Shown piece by piece: positions 9,788 through 18,661 of a stretch of DNA of 40,699 nt. A program made the translations under genes and the position numbers. The DNA comes from a virus (taxonomy: Duplodnaviria > Caudoviricetes): positions 1 to 40,699 of the IMG/VR virus record IMGVR_UViG_3300020042_008834. One strand, 5' to 3'. Every line of letters begins with the position of its first letter. Position 1 is the first letter of the stretch. The notes under the pieces are model-generated. The model worked only from the letters and a program-made list of their open reading frames with translations, searched no databases and was not told where the DNA came from.

Positions 9788-11413
9788 TTATGCTCTTGGT
9801 GCTCTAAATATTACACAATTCCAATTTGTGGAGCTCTTGCTTCTGTAAACCATAGAACTACCATTATAATTATACTTATTGTCGGTTGTCCAGTTTCCCT
9901 TTCCAGTTAACGCTCCTATATACATTTGAGCGTGCCCATATTGTACGTGCGATGCTTTAGGATCTCCATCTGATGCCCAGTATGTTATTGCATCACCTAC
10001 GTTCCATGGTATATGATTATTGCTACTATCTAAAGGTCCTTTTTCACAAATAGATATCATAGTCGCTTTTGTTATGCCACTTACAATAAACTTTCCATAG
10101 CCAATTTGAGCCATATGGTTATGGAACCCAGATCCATTTGCATTACCACCAGCTGCAACATTCATGCCAGGTATAGCACTTTGACCTTTTACCAATAACG
10201 AGTAATTATTTGCATGATTGAATGTTCCACGTGCACACTTATGCTTTGTTTCGCCATTTGCAAAAGATGCTTCTAAAGCTGCCTTAACCAATTGCTCTTG
10301 TCTTGTTGATGCTGGTCCTGTTAATGGTACTGGTTGGTTTGCACCTCCTTCGAAGACTTTATCATTTGTAGGATCGTCATCAAAAGCTTCTCCAGGAAAT
10401 ACGACATCTGCAGTTGCCGATACTCTAAAGTTTGGATCATACGCTCCTTCCACAAAGGATTGCAGTCGTGCTGACTCGTCAACATACTTTAATAAGAAAT
10501 TACCCTCTCTTGTAGTCCTTTCTATCTCAACAGACCATGTAGCCATCTTACCACTTGCTCCAACAATTAATGGAATGTTTTGTGTTGTTGTAATATATAT
10601 TGAGCTTTGGTCTACGTTAGGATCCTCATCAATTAATTGTGGTACGACATCATCAGCTTTAAGGTCTTCTGGCTCCAGAGGTTTGGAGTTTTTTAAAATT
10701 ATAAAAGGATCTCCATCGCTACTGCTCTCTAATCTAGTCACCTGATTAGTTGCCCATACATCTTCTTTTTGTATTGTGCTGGTGAATCTTATGCTGCTTC
10801 CAAATCGACCCTCAAGTATCATATCACCTTCTCTCATGTTGGGTATGACATTGCCCTCTTTTATAAAAGTAAAAGGTTTATGTTGCAATCCTAATTGAAA
10901 TCGAACACTTGCAGCCTTTTCGGTAATTGGATTAAGTAAAGAGCTAAGGACGCTAGTTGGTGCTGTTATCATGTCTATATTAGTAATTGCACCTGGCTTT
11001 GCTGCGTATCTCGTTATGCCCTGTCCAGTAATTATGTTTGTGTACAATTCTACCTTTCTTTGTGGTGTATTAGTATCACTTTGTGTTGACATTACCAAAA
11101 CCAACTCACCCGGTACCGGCATTCTCATGTTGCTGCGATCAGCTGGATATGCTATCCGGGCTGTAATATCTTCGTACTTATTGTCGTCTGTTGTTTGGCG
11201 TTTGTATCGTATTGCTCCTACTACAGAATATAAACGCTCAACAGATAGAGAATCATCCAAGGATCCATCTAAGATAGCTTGATCCAACTCCTCTCCCGTA
11301 ATTACTCCAAGCACTTGTGCAAGGTATAGCGTTTTGTAGTCTGATGCGTTAGATGCTTCTAACGTCTTAATATTGTTAATGAACTCCGATAGTCCTGTGA
11401 ATATACTACCCAT
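9788..11413 (-). CDS. gp5-like spike/hub paralog B with C-terminal CHAP/NlpC-P60-like Cys-His amidase domain
   Basis: N-terminal PVPGELV and REGDMILEGRFGSSIRF; C-terminal KCARGT (Cys)...YGHAQMYIG (His)...WTTD. Confidence 0.72.
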   Translation of the reverse strand: MGSIFTGLSEFINNIKTLEASNASDYKTLYLAQVLGVITGEELDQAILDGSLDDSLSVERLYSVVGAIRYKRQTTDDNKYEDITARIAYPADRSNMRMPVPGELVLVMSTQSDTNTPQRKVELYTNIITGQGITRYAAKPGAITNIDMITAPTSVLSSLLNPITEKAASVRFQLGLQHKPFTFIKEGNVIPNMREGDMILEGRFGSSIRFTSTIQKEDVWATNQVTRLESSSDGDPFIILKNSKPLEPEDLKADDVVPQLIDEDPNVDQSSIYITTTQNIPLIVGASGKMATWSVEIERTTREGNFLLKYVDESARLQSFVEGAYDPNFRVSATADVVFPGEAFDDDPTNDKVFEGGANQPVPLTGPASTRQEQLVKAALEASFANGETKHKCARGTFNHANNYSLLVKGQSAIPGMNVAAGGNANGSGFHNHMAQIGYGKFIVSGITKATMISICEKGPLDSSNNHIPWNVGDAITYWASDGDPKASHVQYGHAQMYIGALTGKGNWTTDNKYNYNGSSMVYRSKSSTNWNCVIFRAPRA

Positions 11414-11414
11414 G

Positions 11415-13019
11415 TTACCAAGACATTAAAAGTGTGTAAGTAAATGACGATTGACCACTTGCATTTGCTTGTTGTAGTAATACTGCTAAGGATGTTGCGG
11501 CTGCAAATACCTGACAACCAGCGCTATAATTATTTACGTTTGTCGTAACACCACTAGCAGCAGCTCTATGTAAGTTTATACCAAAGTTACCACTTGCAAC
11601 TTGTGGTGTAACATCTGGAACATCATCTCTATTTTTATCAGTGTATATTACAAAGGTTGTATTTTGCCTAAATGCTTCATACGACTCGTTGTGTATACCT
11701 ACTTTAAAAGCGTTGTTATATTGTCCTGGCTTAAGTATTGCTGTTCTGTTTTCGCCTGGGTAGAAGGTTTCTAGGTAACTCTTACCTGGCACTGTTGTTG
11801 CTGGGAAGAACTTTGTTACTCCGGTGTTGCTGTCGACAACTCCAATTAAATCTGCAAATTGGTTCTTTGTTTGTACTCCTGAGTTGTTTGTATTAATGTT
11901 TGTTGTAGATCGAATACCAATGAAGTGGATTCCGGTTGGGAGGCTGTAGCCAAGCTCTTGGAGCTTTAATTTTATTTCATCAAAAGACTTAGCTTTTGCT
12001 GAGGATCCTGGCACACCTGGATCACTCACTCCCGTTATGTTGCCCAATCCACCTGCAGCGTTAGGATCGTATGCCAAGCTTTCTAAACCACTAACGTTGA
12101 TACTTGGTACAAAGTCCTTATCGTAACTAAGCGCTGGGAAGAATGATTGTAATCGTGCTGTTGGATCGTCGCTTAAGCCGAGTTTACCTTTGACCGTATT
12201 TACGCTCCAACTACTCATAGACACACTCGTTGCTACTTGTATTGGTACATTTTGCGTTGTCGTTAAGTAGAAGCTTGAGTCCTCTTCGTTAATATCATCG
12301 TCCTCTATTAAGTTTGCCTCTTGAAGAATAGGGTTGTACTCTTTTCTTCTAACGTTAGCTTTCATTATAAGCATAGGATCACCATCGATGCTTTTACCTA
12401 TATTAGTTATTTGCGTTTCCGGATTCCATACGCCGTCTTTTGTAATTGTGTGTGTAAACTTTATTACACCTCCCATTCTCCCTTCCATAATAGAATCACC
12501 CTCTCGAACACGACTAAATGCACCTGCTAAGTTTACAAGAGCCTCTTCGCTAAAGTCATTTTTTTGAGTAAATCTCTGCGCTTCTATCTCTGGATCGACG
12601 GTTAATGCTGGTTCACCTGATGAATCATATGCATCTTGTAGTAGCGTTGGATCTATGTTATTTCGCATAAAAAAGAATGGCGTTACTACGCTGAAGTAGT
12701 AATACTTTGCTAATTTCTTTACAATAAGAACCTGCTCCCCAGCAAATGGCAATCTATAACAACCTCTGTCTAACGGCTCTGCTACTTGAATTATATTCTT
12801 TTCAGGCTTATTTGCGCTATTTGCTTTTAAAAAGCGAATTACTCCAATTATATATGGAGTATTGGTTGGAGTCAACTCACCTACTCCTACTGTAAACTTT
12901 GTTGTGCTTTTTCCAACATCTAACACTTGTCCTATAAAGACTTCACCCTCCTTAAAGGTATTACTTGGTGCAATTGCAGTGCCAAAGTACTCGGTTAAGC
13001 CTTTAAAGACACTACTCAT
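11415..13019 (-). CDS. gp5-like spike/hub paralog A with C-terminal YkuD/L,D-transpeptidase-like Cys peptidase domain
   Basis: N-terminal PFAGEQV and REGDSIMEGRMGG; C-terminal GINLHRA...NYSAGCQVF...FTYTL (H...SxGC), homologous to 19261..19857. Confidence 0.75.
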   Translation of the reverse strand: MSSVFKGLTEYFGTAIAPSNTFKEGEVFIGQVLDVGKSTTKFTVGVGELTPTNTPYIIGVIRFLKANSANKPEKNIIQVAEPLDRGCYRLPFAGEQVLIVKKLAKYYYFSVVTPFFFMRNNIDPTLLQDAYDSSGEPALTVDPEIEAQRFTQKNDFSEEALVNLAGAFSRVREGDSIMEGRMGGVIKFTHTITKDGVWNPETQITNIGKSIDGDPMLIMKANVRRKEYNPILQEANLIEDDDINEEDSSFYLTTTQNVPIQVATSVSMSSWSVNTVKGKLGLSDDPTARLQSFFPALSYDKDFVPSINVSGLESLAYDPNAAGGLGNITGVSDPGVPGSSAKAKSFDEIKLKLQELGYSLPTGIHFIGIRSTTNINTNNSGVQTKNQFADLIGVVDSNTGVTKFFPATTVPGKSYLETFYPGENRTAILKPGQYNNAFKVGIHNESYEAFRQNTTFVIYTDKNRDDVPDVTPQVASGNFGINLHRAAASGVTTNVNNYSAGCQVFAAATSLAVLLQQANASGQSSFTYTLLMSW

Positions 13020-13360
13020 TTTGCTTTATCTAACAACTCTTGTGCTTCAGACATAAGTTGAGCTCTCTCTTGTTCAGTCAAGCCTAACTCTCCACTCTTA
13101 TCCTCTTTACTACCAGTTACTAACAACCTTTGGATGATTGCTGTTAGACGAACTAGATTGTCATCATTCTTAACTGCTACTTCTAGATACTCCTTTATCA
13201 TAGGTACCATCATAGAAGCATCTGTAATGTTTCTTATCAACCCCTTGAGTTGCTCTATCAAACCATTAATTTGACTTTCTTTCTTTTTTGTGTTCTGATA
13301 GACGTCTCTTAGTAGGTCGCTAAACGTCTTGTCATCGAACAATACACTATCCTTATCCAT
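13016..13360 (-). CDS. Conserved helical hypothetical phage protein
   Basis: ORF track; coupled to spike paralog A (ATGA overlap); upstream TATTTAT motif. Confidence 0.7.
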   Translation of the reverse strand: MDKDSVLFDDKTFSDLLRDVYQNTKKKESQINGLIEQLKGLIRNITDASMMVPMIKEYLEVAVKNDDNLVRLTAIIQRLLVTGSKEDKSGELGLTEQERAQLMSEAQELLDKAK

Positions 13361-13390
13361 AGCTTTATGTTTCTAATAAATACAGGCAGA

Positions 13391-13639
13391 TTACCTTTTC
13401 GCTATAGTGTCTGTGTTTTCAACTTGCTCAAGCAGCTCCATTAGAGCTTTTATTCTTGCTCCAGCAATCCAAGAATCAACGTTATCGAAGTAACCTAATT
13501 GTCTCAATTGTTTTGGATCAGTGGTCTTAGGATCAAACTCAAACGCAAGAAGGTTGGGACCACCACCAACCTTCTCCCAAGCTTTAAGCTCGGCTTTTAG
13601 AAATTTAATTAAGTCTTCTTTGCTATAATAGATTAGCAT
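13391..13639 (-). CDS. Hypothetical protein
   Basis: ORF track; its ATG overlaps the TAA of the extended sigma-like frame (TAATG). Confidence 0.65.
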   Translation of the reverse strand: MLIYYSKEDLIKFLKAELKAWEKVGGGPNLLAFEFDPKTTDPKQLRQLGYFDNVDSWIAGARIKALMELLEQVENTDTIAKR

Positions 13640-14361
13640 TAGTAAATTACGTTTCGCGGAATGTATCCCATTTTATCGTAATCGTTATACATCTTAACGT
13701 ACTTATCTTTAAGGGACTTAATTACTTTTGTAATATGTTGCGTGTTTGCATTTGTCATTTCTCTTATGTAAATTTACAAAGCTTTCTTATTGAAAATCTC
13801 TAAAGTCTCCTTTCTACGAAATAGCTCTATAACAGCACCTACTACAATTTGATCATTCTTTTTTGGATATACCTTTATTAAATTTGCATCAAAGTAATCT
13901 ATCATGTTCTGAATAAAGTGGTCGATTGGAGTTGGCTCTTCTTCTACAACTAGCGCTGAACTAAGTCCGTTTGCTCCTTCAAGCTGCTCGCTGTTAACTA
14001 GCTTTTTAAAGTTTTTGTTATTGTTTAAGATTAGGTAATTCTTAGCTACAATACTAAAGTAACTAAAAGCCTTCCCTTTATCGGCTGTAAACTTTGGTAA
14101 CTTTTCCACTAAGAAGCTCACTACTTCATGCTGCAAATCTTTGATGGATAGGCCGTCTGTATAGTAAAACTTAAAGGTGTGGATAATATTCTCAACAAGC
14201 TTTTCAAAGGCTGGTTTAATTTCTTGACGGTAGATTCTGTCTCTTTCGAGTTGATCCTCCGTAGCATTAAGTACTTTAATACTAACATCTACTTCAGCTG
14301 TGAAGTAGTAGTTCTTAGTTTTTTTCTTCCTCGGTTTGGACATAACGCTTAATGTATTCAT
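13639..14361 (-). pseudogene. Phage sigma-factor-like protein (T4 gp55-like) interrupted by an in-frame TAA at 13774-13776
   Basis: Region-2-like KFTADKGKAFSYFSIVAKNYLI. After FNKKAL* the frame continues IYIREMTNANTQHITKVIKSLK... (HTH-like) for 44 codons to a TAA at 13639-13641. Likely start is MSKPRKKK at 14343. Confidence 0.65.
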
Positions 14362-14623
14362 CTAATTCTTCTACACAATCTTTTAAACTCTCAAATGCAG
14401 CACCTACCTCATCATCAGCTTTGAACGAACCTCTATGGTCGATTACGTTCATAGTGTTGATAGTGTCTTGAAACTTATGGTATAGCGATGCTAAGAAGCT
14501 GTTGTAAACAAAGAACCCGTTCTCTGCATACTCTACTGCTTTTACGTACTTACGGTAGTTAGCAAATGCAAACCAACCAGTACCAACTAAAAGCAGGGAT
14601 AATATAACTATTGTTGTTATCAT
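14315..14623 (-). CDS. Membrane-anchored hypothetical protein
   Basis: N-terminal hydrophobic helix; GSFKADDEVG motif. Confidence 0.7.
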   Translation of the reverse strand: MITTIVILSLLLVGTGWFAFANYRKYVKAVEYAENGFFVYNSFLASLYHKFQDTINTMNVIDHRGSFKADDEVGAAFESLKDCVEELDEYIKRYVQTEEEKN

Positions 14624-15384
14624 TAGAATAAGTCTTTAAAAGCGTTTAGTAAATCACTCTTCTGATCGTCAGTTAGTGCTGATGTTGACTCTAAGTTAGA
14701 TGCCTTCTTAGGCTTGATCGTAGTAGCTGTCAATGGTGATTGCTGTGCAACCCAAGCTTGGTATTCAACACGAGCAGCTAATTGATCAGCTTGGTGTAGT
14801 ATGTATGGTAGGTTTGTGCGTAGACGTGAATTAACGTCGTAGCTGATATAGTAATGCTTGTTGCTCTCATCGTACATTCCGTCATGTAACTTAATACCAA
14901 ACCATTCGTTCTCAGATACTGAGATGCCTCGTTCAGTTAATAGACGTAAGCTACGATCAGGTACAGTCATAAAAGCATTAGCAGGATTCATCTTGTAAAT
15001 CTTACCTTGATTCTTTCTATGCCACTCTGAGTCGTTTATTACATACATTTCAGCCTCTTCCGTACCAATCTTACCTAAGTCATGATTGAGTGCAGCAAAC
15101 ACCAGCTCTTCTGTAGTGAAACTATCGTCTGAGCCCCAGCCTGTCCATAGTTGAGCCATGTCCAATGCAACATCTATTACACGAATGACGTGATCAACAT
15201 AACCACCAGTAAAGCAGTTGTGATATGATTCATTACCACTTGCAGGCATAAACATAATACGTTCAGCATGATCTTCGTATAGCTTTCTTAGCTTTTCTTT
15301 TCGCTCTCCAGTAATATGGAGATCGATATACCCTACAAGCTTGAAGTAGTTGGCTTGTAATTCCTCCGCAGTGAAGTTTTTCAT
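14623..15384 (-). CDS. HD-domain metal-dependent phosphohydrolase
   Basis: PAS...YH...GGYVDH...ALNHDLGK...LHDG...LHQAD motifs. Confidence 0.88.
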   Translation of the reverse strand: MKNFTAEELQANYFKLVGYIDLHITGERKEKLRKLYEDHAERIMFMPASGNESYHNCFTGGYVDHVIRVIDVALDMAQLWTGWGSDDSFTTEELVFAALNHDLGKIGTEEAEMYVINDSEWHRKNQGKIYKMNPANAFMTVPDRSLRLLTERGISVSENEWFGIKLHDGMYDESNKHYYISYDVNSRLRTNLPYILHQADQLAARVEYQAWVAQQSPLTATTIKPKKASNLESTSALTDDQKSDLLNAFKDLF

Positions 15385-15785
15385 AATTGTCTTTGTAACC
15401 TTTTAATTTGCGACTCAAGCTTTTTAGCATAAGTCTTTCTTGTTTCTTTCTTTAGCGCAGTCTTCAACTTCTGTAACTCAACCAATGCTTGTTGCTTCTC
15501 TTGTGCCTTCTGTGCCTTAGACTTTTTTATCTTAGGTTCAATTACAGTAGGATCCAAAGTGCCTTTAAGCGTCGGCTGTTCTACACCTTTGTGATAGACC
15601 GTGCCATCTGAATATACAAAAACTTTCATGAATTTCCAACCTTTTGGGAAACCCGTCTTCTTGGGTGGTTGGGAGTATGCTGGTGTTACAACCTCTCTGA
15701 CGCAATCAAAGCACATCTTAACGATAGTGCCTACTGGTACGTTGGGTTGTAGTGCTCCACAATTTTGACACTCTACAACGCACAT
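15381..15785 (-). CDS. Hypothetical protein with N-terminal zinc ribbon and basic C-terminus
   Basis: CQNC...CFDC; GFPKGWKFMKVFVYSDGTVYHKGVE. Confidence 0.7.
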   Translation of the reverse strand: MCVVECQNCGALQPNVPVGTIVKMCFDCVREVVTPAYSQPPKKTGFPKGWKFMKVFVYSDGTVYHKGVEQPTLKGTLDPTVIEPKIKKSKAQKAQEKQQALVELQKLKTALKKETRKTYAKKLESQIKRLQRQL

Positions 15786-15787
15786 AA

Positions 15788-15967
15788 TTAGTTCTCTAAA
15801 TCAAGGTATTGTCTTAGTGACTCTGTGTAGATCAAAGCTTGACCTAATTGCTGCTTAGCAAATTCTGCAGTAATATGTGGCTTGCCACTATCAATGTCGT
15901 TGTGTAATAGGCTTAAAACCTGGTCTAATCTAGCTGCTAGATCTTCAATTGCTTGTTTGTTTCTCAT
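15788..15967 (-). CDS. Small hypothetical protein (59 aa)
   Basis: Read manually (MRNKQAIEDLAARLDQVL...QYLDLEN); fills the gap between flanking genes. Confidence 0.65.
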   Translation of the reverse strand: MRNKQAIEDLAARLDQVLSLLHNDIDSGKPHITAEFAKQQLGQALIYTESLRQYLDLEN

Positions 15968-15971
15968 ATGT

Positions 15972-16388
15972 TTAATTTGGTGATACCGGCGGTATCGTAA
16001 AGTTTGTGTTAAATAATACCGTATGTATTCCTACTTTACGTATTACGTGTTTTGTTCTATAAATTGGCACATCGCCATTAACGTTAGTAGCTGCTCTTAT
16101 AGCTGAGTCAATGAGTCGTTTACTACGGCATGCTATCATTAAGAATCTATCGTACTGGAGATAGTATAGTCGCTTATTGTTTATGTCTACATTATACAAC
16201 TCACTAAAGAATCCCAGCGAATTGCCAACATGGTAGTAGGCTTGCTGATTTTGAACTTTATCAAAGGAATGCTTAAACTCGTCACCAAAGATAGGATGCT
16301 CGTCAATTAACAAACGCTTTGCCTTGAGTATTTCAAAAGGAGCGTCAGCCATGAACTTATTTCCTACAAGGGATTGAAAGCAACTCAT
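15972..16388 (-). CDS. Hypothetical protein
   Basis: ORF track; TAATG coupling with the upstream gene. Confidence 0.65.
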   Translation of the reverse strand: MSCFQSLVGNKFMADAPFEILKAKRLLIDEHPIFGDEFKHSFDKVQNQQAYYHVGNSLGFFSELYNVDINNKRLYYLQYDRFLMIACRSKRLIDSAIRAATNVNGDVPIYRTKHVIRKVGIHTVLFNTNFTIPPVSPN

Positions 16389-16585
16389 TACTTGATAATT
16401 AAGGATGAGCTCTTCGCTTTTTTCAATTGTTTACTAAGGCTATCGATATAATCGACGAGAAATTGCTGCTTAACAGCTGCTGTTGCTATGTCAGAGCGTA
16501 GGTCTCTTATTTCAAATGACAGTTTAAGTATATAAACACTCGCTACTACTACTAAAAATCCTAATCCAATTATAATACTACTCAT
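16388..16585 (-). CDS. Small membrane protein
   Basis: N-terminal transmembrane helix; promoter-like motif at about 16628-16658. Confidence 0.6.
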   Translation of the reverse strand: MSSIIIGLGFLVVVASVYILKLSFEIRDLRSDIATAAVKQQFLVDYIDSLSKQLKKAKSSSLIIK

Positions 16586-16660
16586 ATAACTATTTTTTAA
16601 ATTTACTACTTATTACTATTATATATAGAAGTTATACCTAAAAATCCGTAAAGACAACAG

Positions 16661-16837
16661 TTAGTCGTTATCTTCTCCAAGAATATCTCGGTTTTTCCAC
16701 TTCTTTGCACTCTGGCGCTCCTGCTTTTTCTTTTTATCTTCAACAACCTTAGTACGGAATCTGCCGTCATAGAAGCCATCTTCTATAGCATTATCGCGTT
16801 GTCTTGCCTTAGACATATTGAATAATTTCTTGTTCAT
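16661..16837 (-). CDS. Small basic protein (58 aa)
   Basis: Read manually: MNKKLFNMSKARQRDNAIEDGFYDGRFRTKVVEDKKKKQERQSAKKWKNRDILGEDND. Confidence 0.6.
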   Translation of the reverse strand: MNKKLFNMSKARQRDNAIEDGFYDGRFRTKVVEDKKKKQERQSAKKWKNRDILGEDND

Positions 16838-16839
16838 GG

Positions 16840-16992
16840 CTACTCACTGAAGTATAAAACTGCACTAATAAAGATATATGTGAATATAAATACTCCTACT
16901 TCAACTTCTGTTTCGTATTTCTGCCTAAGGATGAATTTACCTATTAGACGGGATATGCACGTGTAAAATAATGACTTGAGGACAAATATCAT
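16840..16992 (-). CDS. Small membrane protein (50 aa)
   Basis: Read manually (MIFVLKSLFY...VGVFIFTYIFISAVLYFSE); ATGA overlap with the upstream ORF. Confidence 0.45.
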   Translation of the reverse strand: MIFVLKSLFYTCISRLIGKFILRQKYETEVEVGVFIFTYIFISAVLYFSE

Positions 16993-17378
16993 AGTAGCTG
17001 GTGGCATAAGGTTAACGACGCTAGAAACAAGTTTACGCTAGATATAATAGTGGTGCTAACATCCCTGTTAAGGAAATTTACGTTTGGCTTAGTAATAGTT
17101 CGAGCAATTGCAGCTTCTTGCCTATGCGCCTTCCTAACTCTATCATTCAGCTCAGCAATCAAAATTACACGAGGAGCTTTCACCTTCCCTCTGTGAATAT
17201 AATTAGTTCCCTTGTAGTATGTCTTACCTTCGTAAGGCTCACCTTGCACTCTCCTTGCTCCTTTAAAAGCACGAAAGGTCTCACAAGTTACGCGAGACCA
17301 TTCAATGTTGTCACAGGATATTTCTAAGCAGAGTTGCCTTGGGAAGTCGTAAATAAGCTTATGGCTTCGGCTCTTCAT
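16989..17378 (-). CDS. Hypothetical protein
   Basis: ORF track; WSRVTCETFRAF..ARR....YEG motif; C-terminal end uncertain. Confidence 0.6.
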   Translation of the reverse strand: MKSRSHKLIYDFPRQLCLEISCDNIEWSRVTCETFRAFKGARRVQGEPYEGKTYYKGTNYIHRGKVKAPRVILIAELNDRVRKAHRQEAAIARTITKPNVNFLNRDVSTTIISSVNLFLASLTLCHQLL

Positions 17379-17895
17379 ATAGTATGTGTTTTAGTGTTCT
17401 ACCTCTTCCATGTACATCGTCCATTCCATATCCCCACACCCACTCATCAGCTATTTCGTACATAGCTAATGTCTCTGTTACACGTGGATCTTGTACGTAC
17501 GGAGTGTCCTTTCGCTTAAGTAAAACTACAGGAGTAACTGCAGTTGCGCCTAATGAAAAGCATGTCTTAACAAAGAAGTCCATAGTGTTACCGCTGTCGA
17601 GTATATCGTCAAAAATAAACACTGCCTTCCCTTGTATTAAGTCAGGCTTAGGCATCTTATATGCGTTTATCATCTGACGATTCTGTCCATCATAGCTTGA
17701 AGCTCCTACGTAGTCTACGACAGGATCCCAAGTAAAATTACGAGATAAGTCTGTAAAGAATGAGGTTACTCCTTGTAGGATTGGTAAACAAACAGCGTCT
17801 TTGTACTCTGGTTTAGAGCCAACTCTTTTGTTTATTCTCATACCAAGACTGAAAAGGTCTTTCTGTATTTGATCGTAACGGTGAAGTATTTTCAT
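17359..17895 (-). CDS. hpt: Hypoxanthine(-guanine) phosphoribosyltransferase
   Basis: ILQG, ASSY, PRPP-binding VFIFDDILDSGNT, LLKR, WVWGYGMD...R.L. Confidence 0.88.
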   Translation of the reverse strand: MKILHRYDQIQKDLFSLGMRINKRVGSKPEYKDAVCLPILQGVTSFFTDLSRNFTWDPVVDYVGASSYDGQNRQMINAYKMPKPDLIQGKAVFIFDDILDSGNTMDFFVKTCFSLGATAVTPVVLLKRKDTPYVQDPRVTETLAMYEIADEWVWGYGMDDVHGRGRTLKHILYEEPKP

Positions 17896-17899
17896 ATAA

Positions 17900-17931
17900 T
17901 GAATATACGTCTCTTTTTCCGAAAAGTCAAC
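17900..17931 (-). promoter_or_regulatory. Bacteroidota-type -33/-7 promoter, leaderless hpt
   Basis: Minus strand GTTGAC...TATATTCA-TTAT-ATG. Confidence 0.55.
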
Positions 17932-18396
17932 TTAATTTTTGACAATAAAGTAGATTCCTGTAGCTAACGCAATATTGCTAGCACCTAACCATAATGATGT
18001 TTTTCTCCATCGAATTTTTAAACTTACTTGCTTTTCAAGCTCCGCTCGAGTCTTTTGATGCTCTTGCCATTCTAGAGTGTACTTGGCTTGAAAATCGGTT
18101 GCAACGGAGTTGAGTTCTGTGTACTCGCTGAATAAGTTAGCAAAAGCTGCTCGCTCTAGTATAGACTGTTCATCACAGTTAATTTGATAGTTGAGTAGCT
18201 GTGCATTCTCCTTTTTATAACCTTCACCTTGCTTTATAAGCTGCAACAGAGCAACCTCTTGCTTTCGAATAAAGAAGACTCCAGTATCGCCGTTAAAGAC
18301 TATTCGTTTAGGGGAAAGTGATGGCTGACCAAGTGCTGTCAAGCTGCTCAGCACTATAATTGCTAATGTTAGTAATGTCTTTTGCATTCTGTTCAC
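17932..18396 (-). CDS. Secreted coiled-coil protein with C-terminal membrane anchor (spanin-like candidate)
   Basis: Signal peptide ending TALG-Q, coiled coil, C-terminal hydrophobic helix; overlaps the upstream gene in another frame; last gene of the lysis cassette. Confidence 0.5.
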   Translation of the reverse strand: MNRMQKTLLTLAIIVLSSLTALGQPSLSPKRIVFNGDTGVFFIRKQEVALLQLIKQGEGYKKENAQLLNYQINCDEQSILERAAFANLFSEYTELNSVATDFQAKYTLEWQEHQKTRAELEKQVSLKIRWRKTSLWLGASNIALATGIYFIVKN

Positions 18397-18652
18397 GTAT
18401 TGTTATTATGTCTACTTTAATGTTATTTTGTGCGCTATCGTAATCGTGACGTGCATCTAATAGGTTAGCGTTTAGCTGTGCTACAACTTGCTGCAAACTA
18501 TCTATACGATGGTCTTCTGGCGGTATAGGTAATGGTGTGTTTAGGCTCTTGTGTTGGGAGTGGATTATAACGGCTAGTGCGATTACAAGTGCCCACGGCA
18601 GTACTCTAATCCAATACTTAGGCAAAAACAACATTTTAGGCTTGCGCATCAT
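18308..18652 (-). CDS. N-terminally anchored coiled-coil protein (i-spanin/Rz-like candidate)
   Basis: Single transmembrane helix then coiled coil; downstream of lysin and holin-like genes. Confidence 0.5.
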   Translation of the reverse strand: MMRKPKMLFLPKYWIRVLPWALVIALAVIIHSQHKSLNTPLPIPPEDHRIDSLQQVVAQLNANLLDARHDYDSAQNNIKVDIITIREQNAKDITNISNYSAEQLDSTWSAITFP

Positions 18653-18661
18653 AAACTATTA

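Noticed and set aside
8137-13019. Invertase/shufflon or DGR-type switching among the three spike genes
   Set aside because: All three are full-length, in the same orientation and strongly diverged at DNA level. No recombinase, reverse transcriptase or long identical crossover repeats are visible in the window.
16989-17090. Possible further frameshift or structured RNA at the 3' end of 16989..17378
   Set aside because: An alternative frame gives a tidy KRKFP* ending, but there is no internal homology to test it and no convincing RNA fold.
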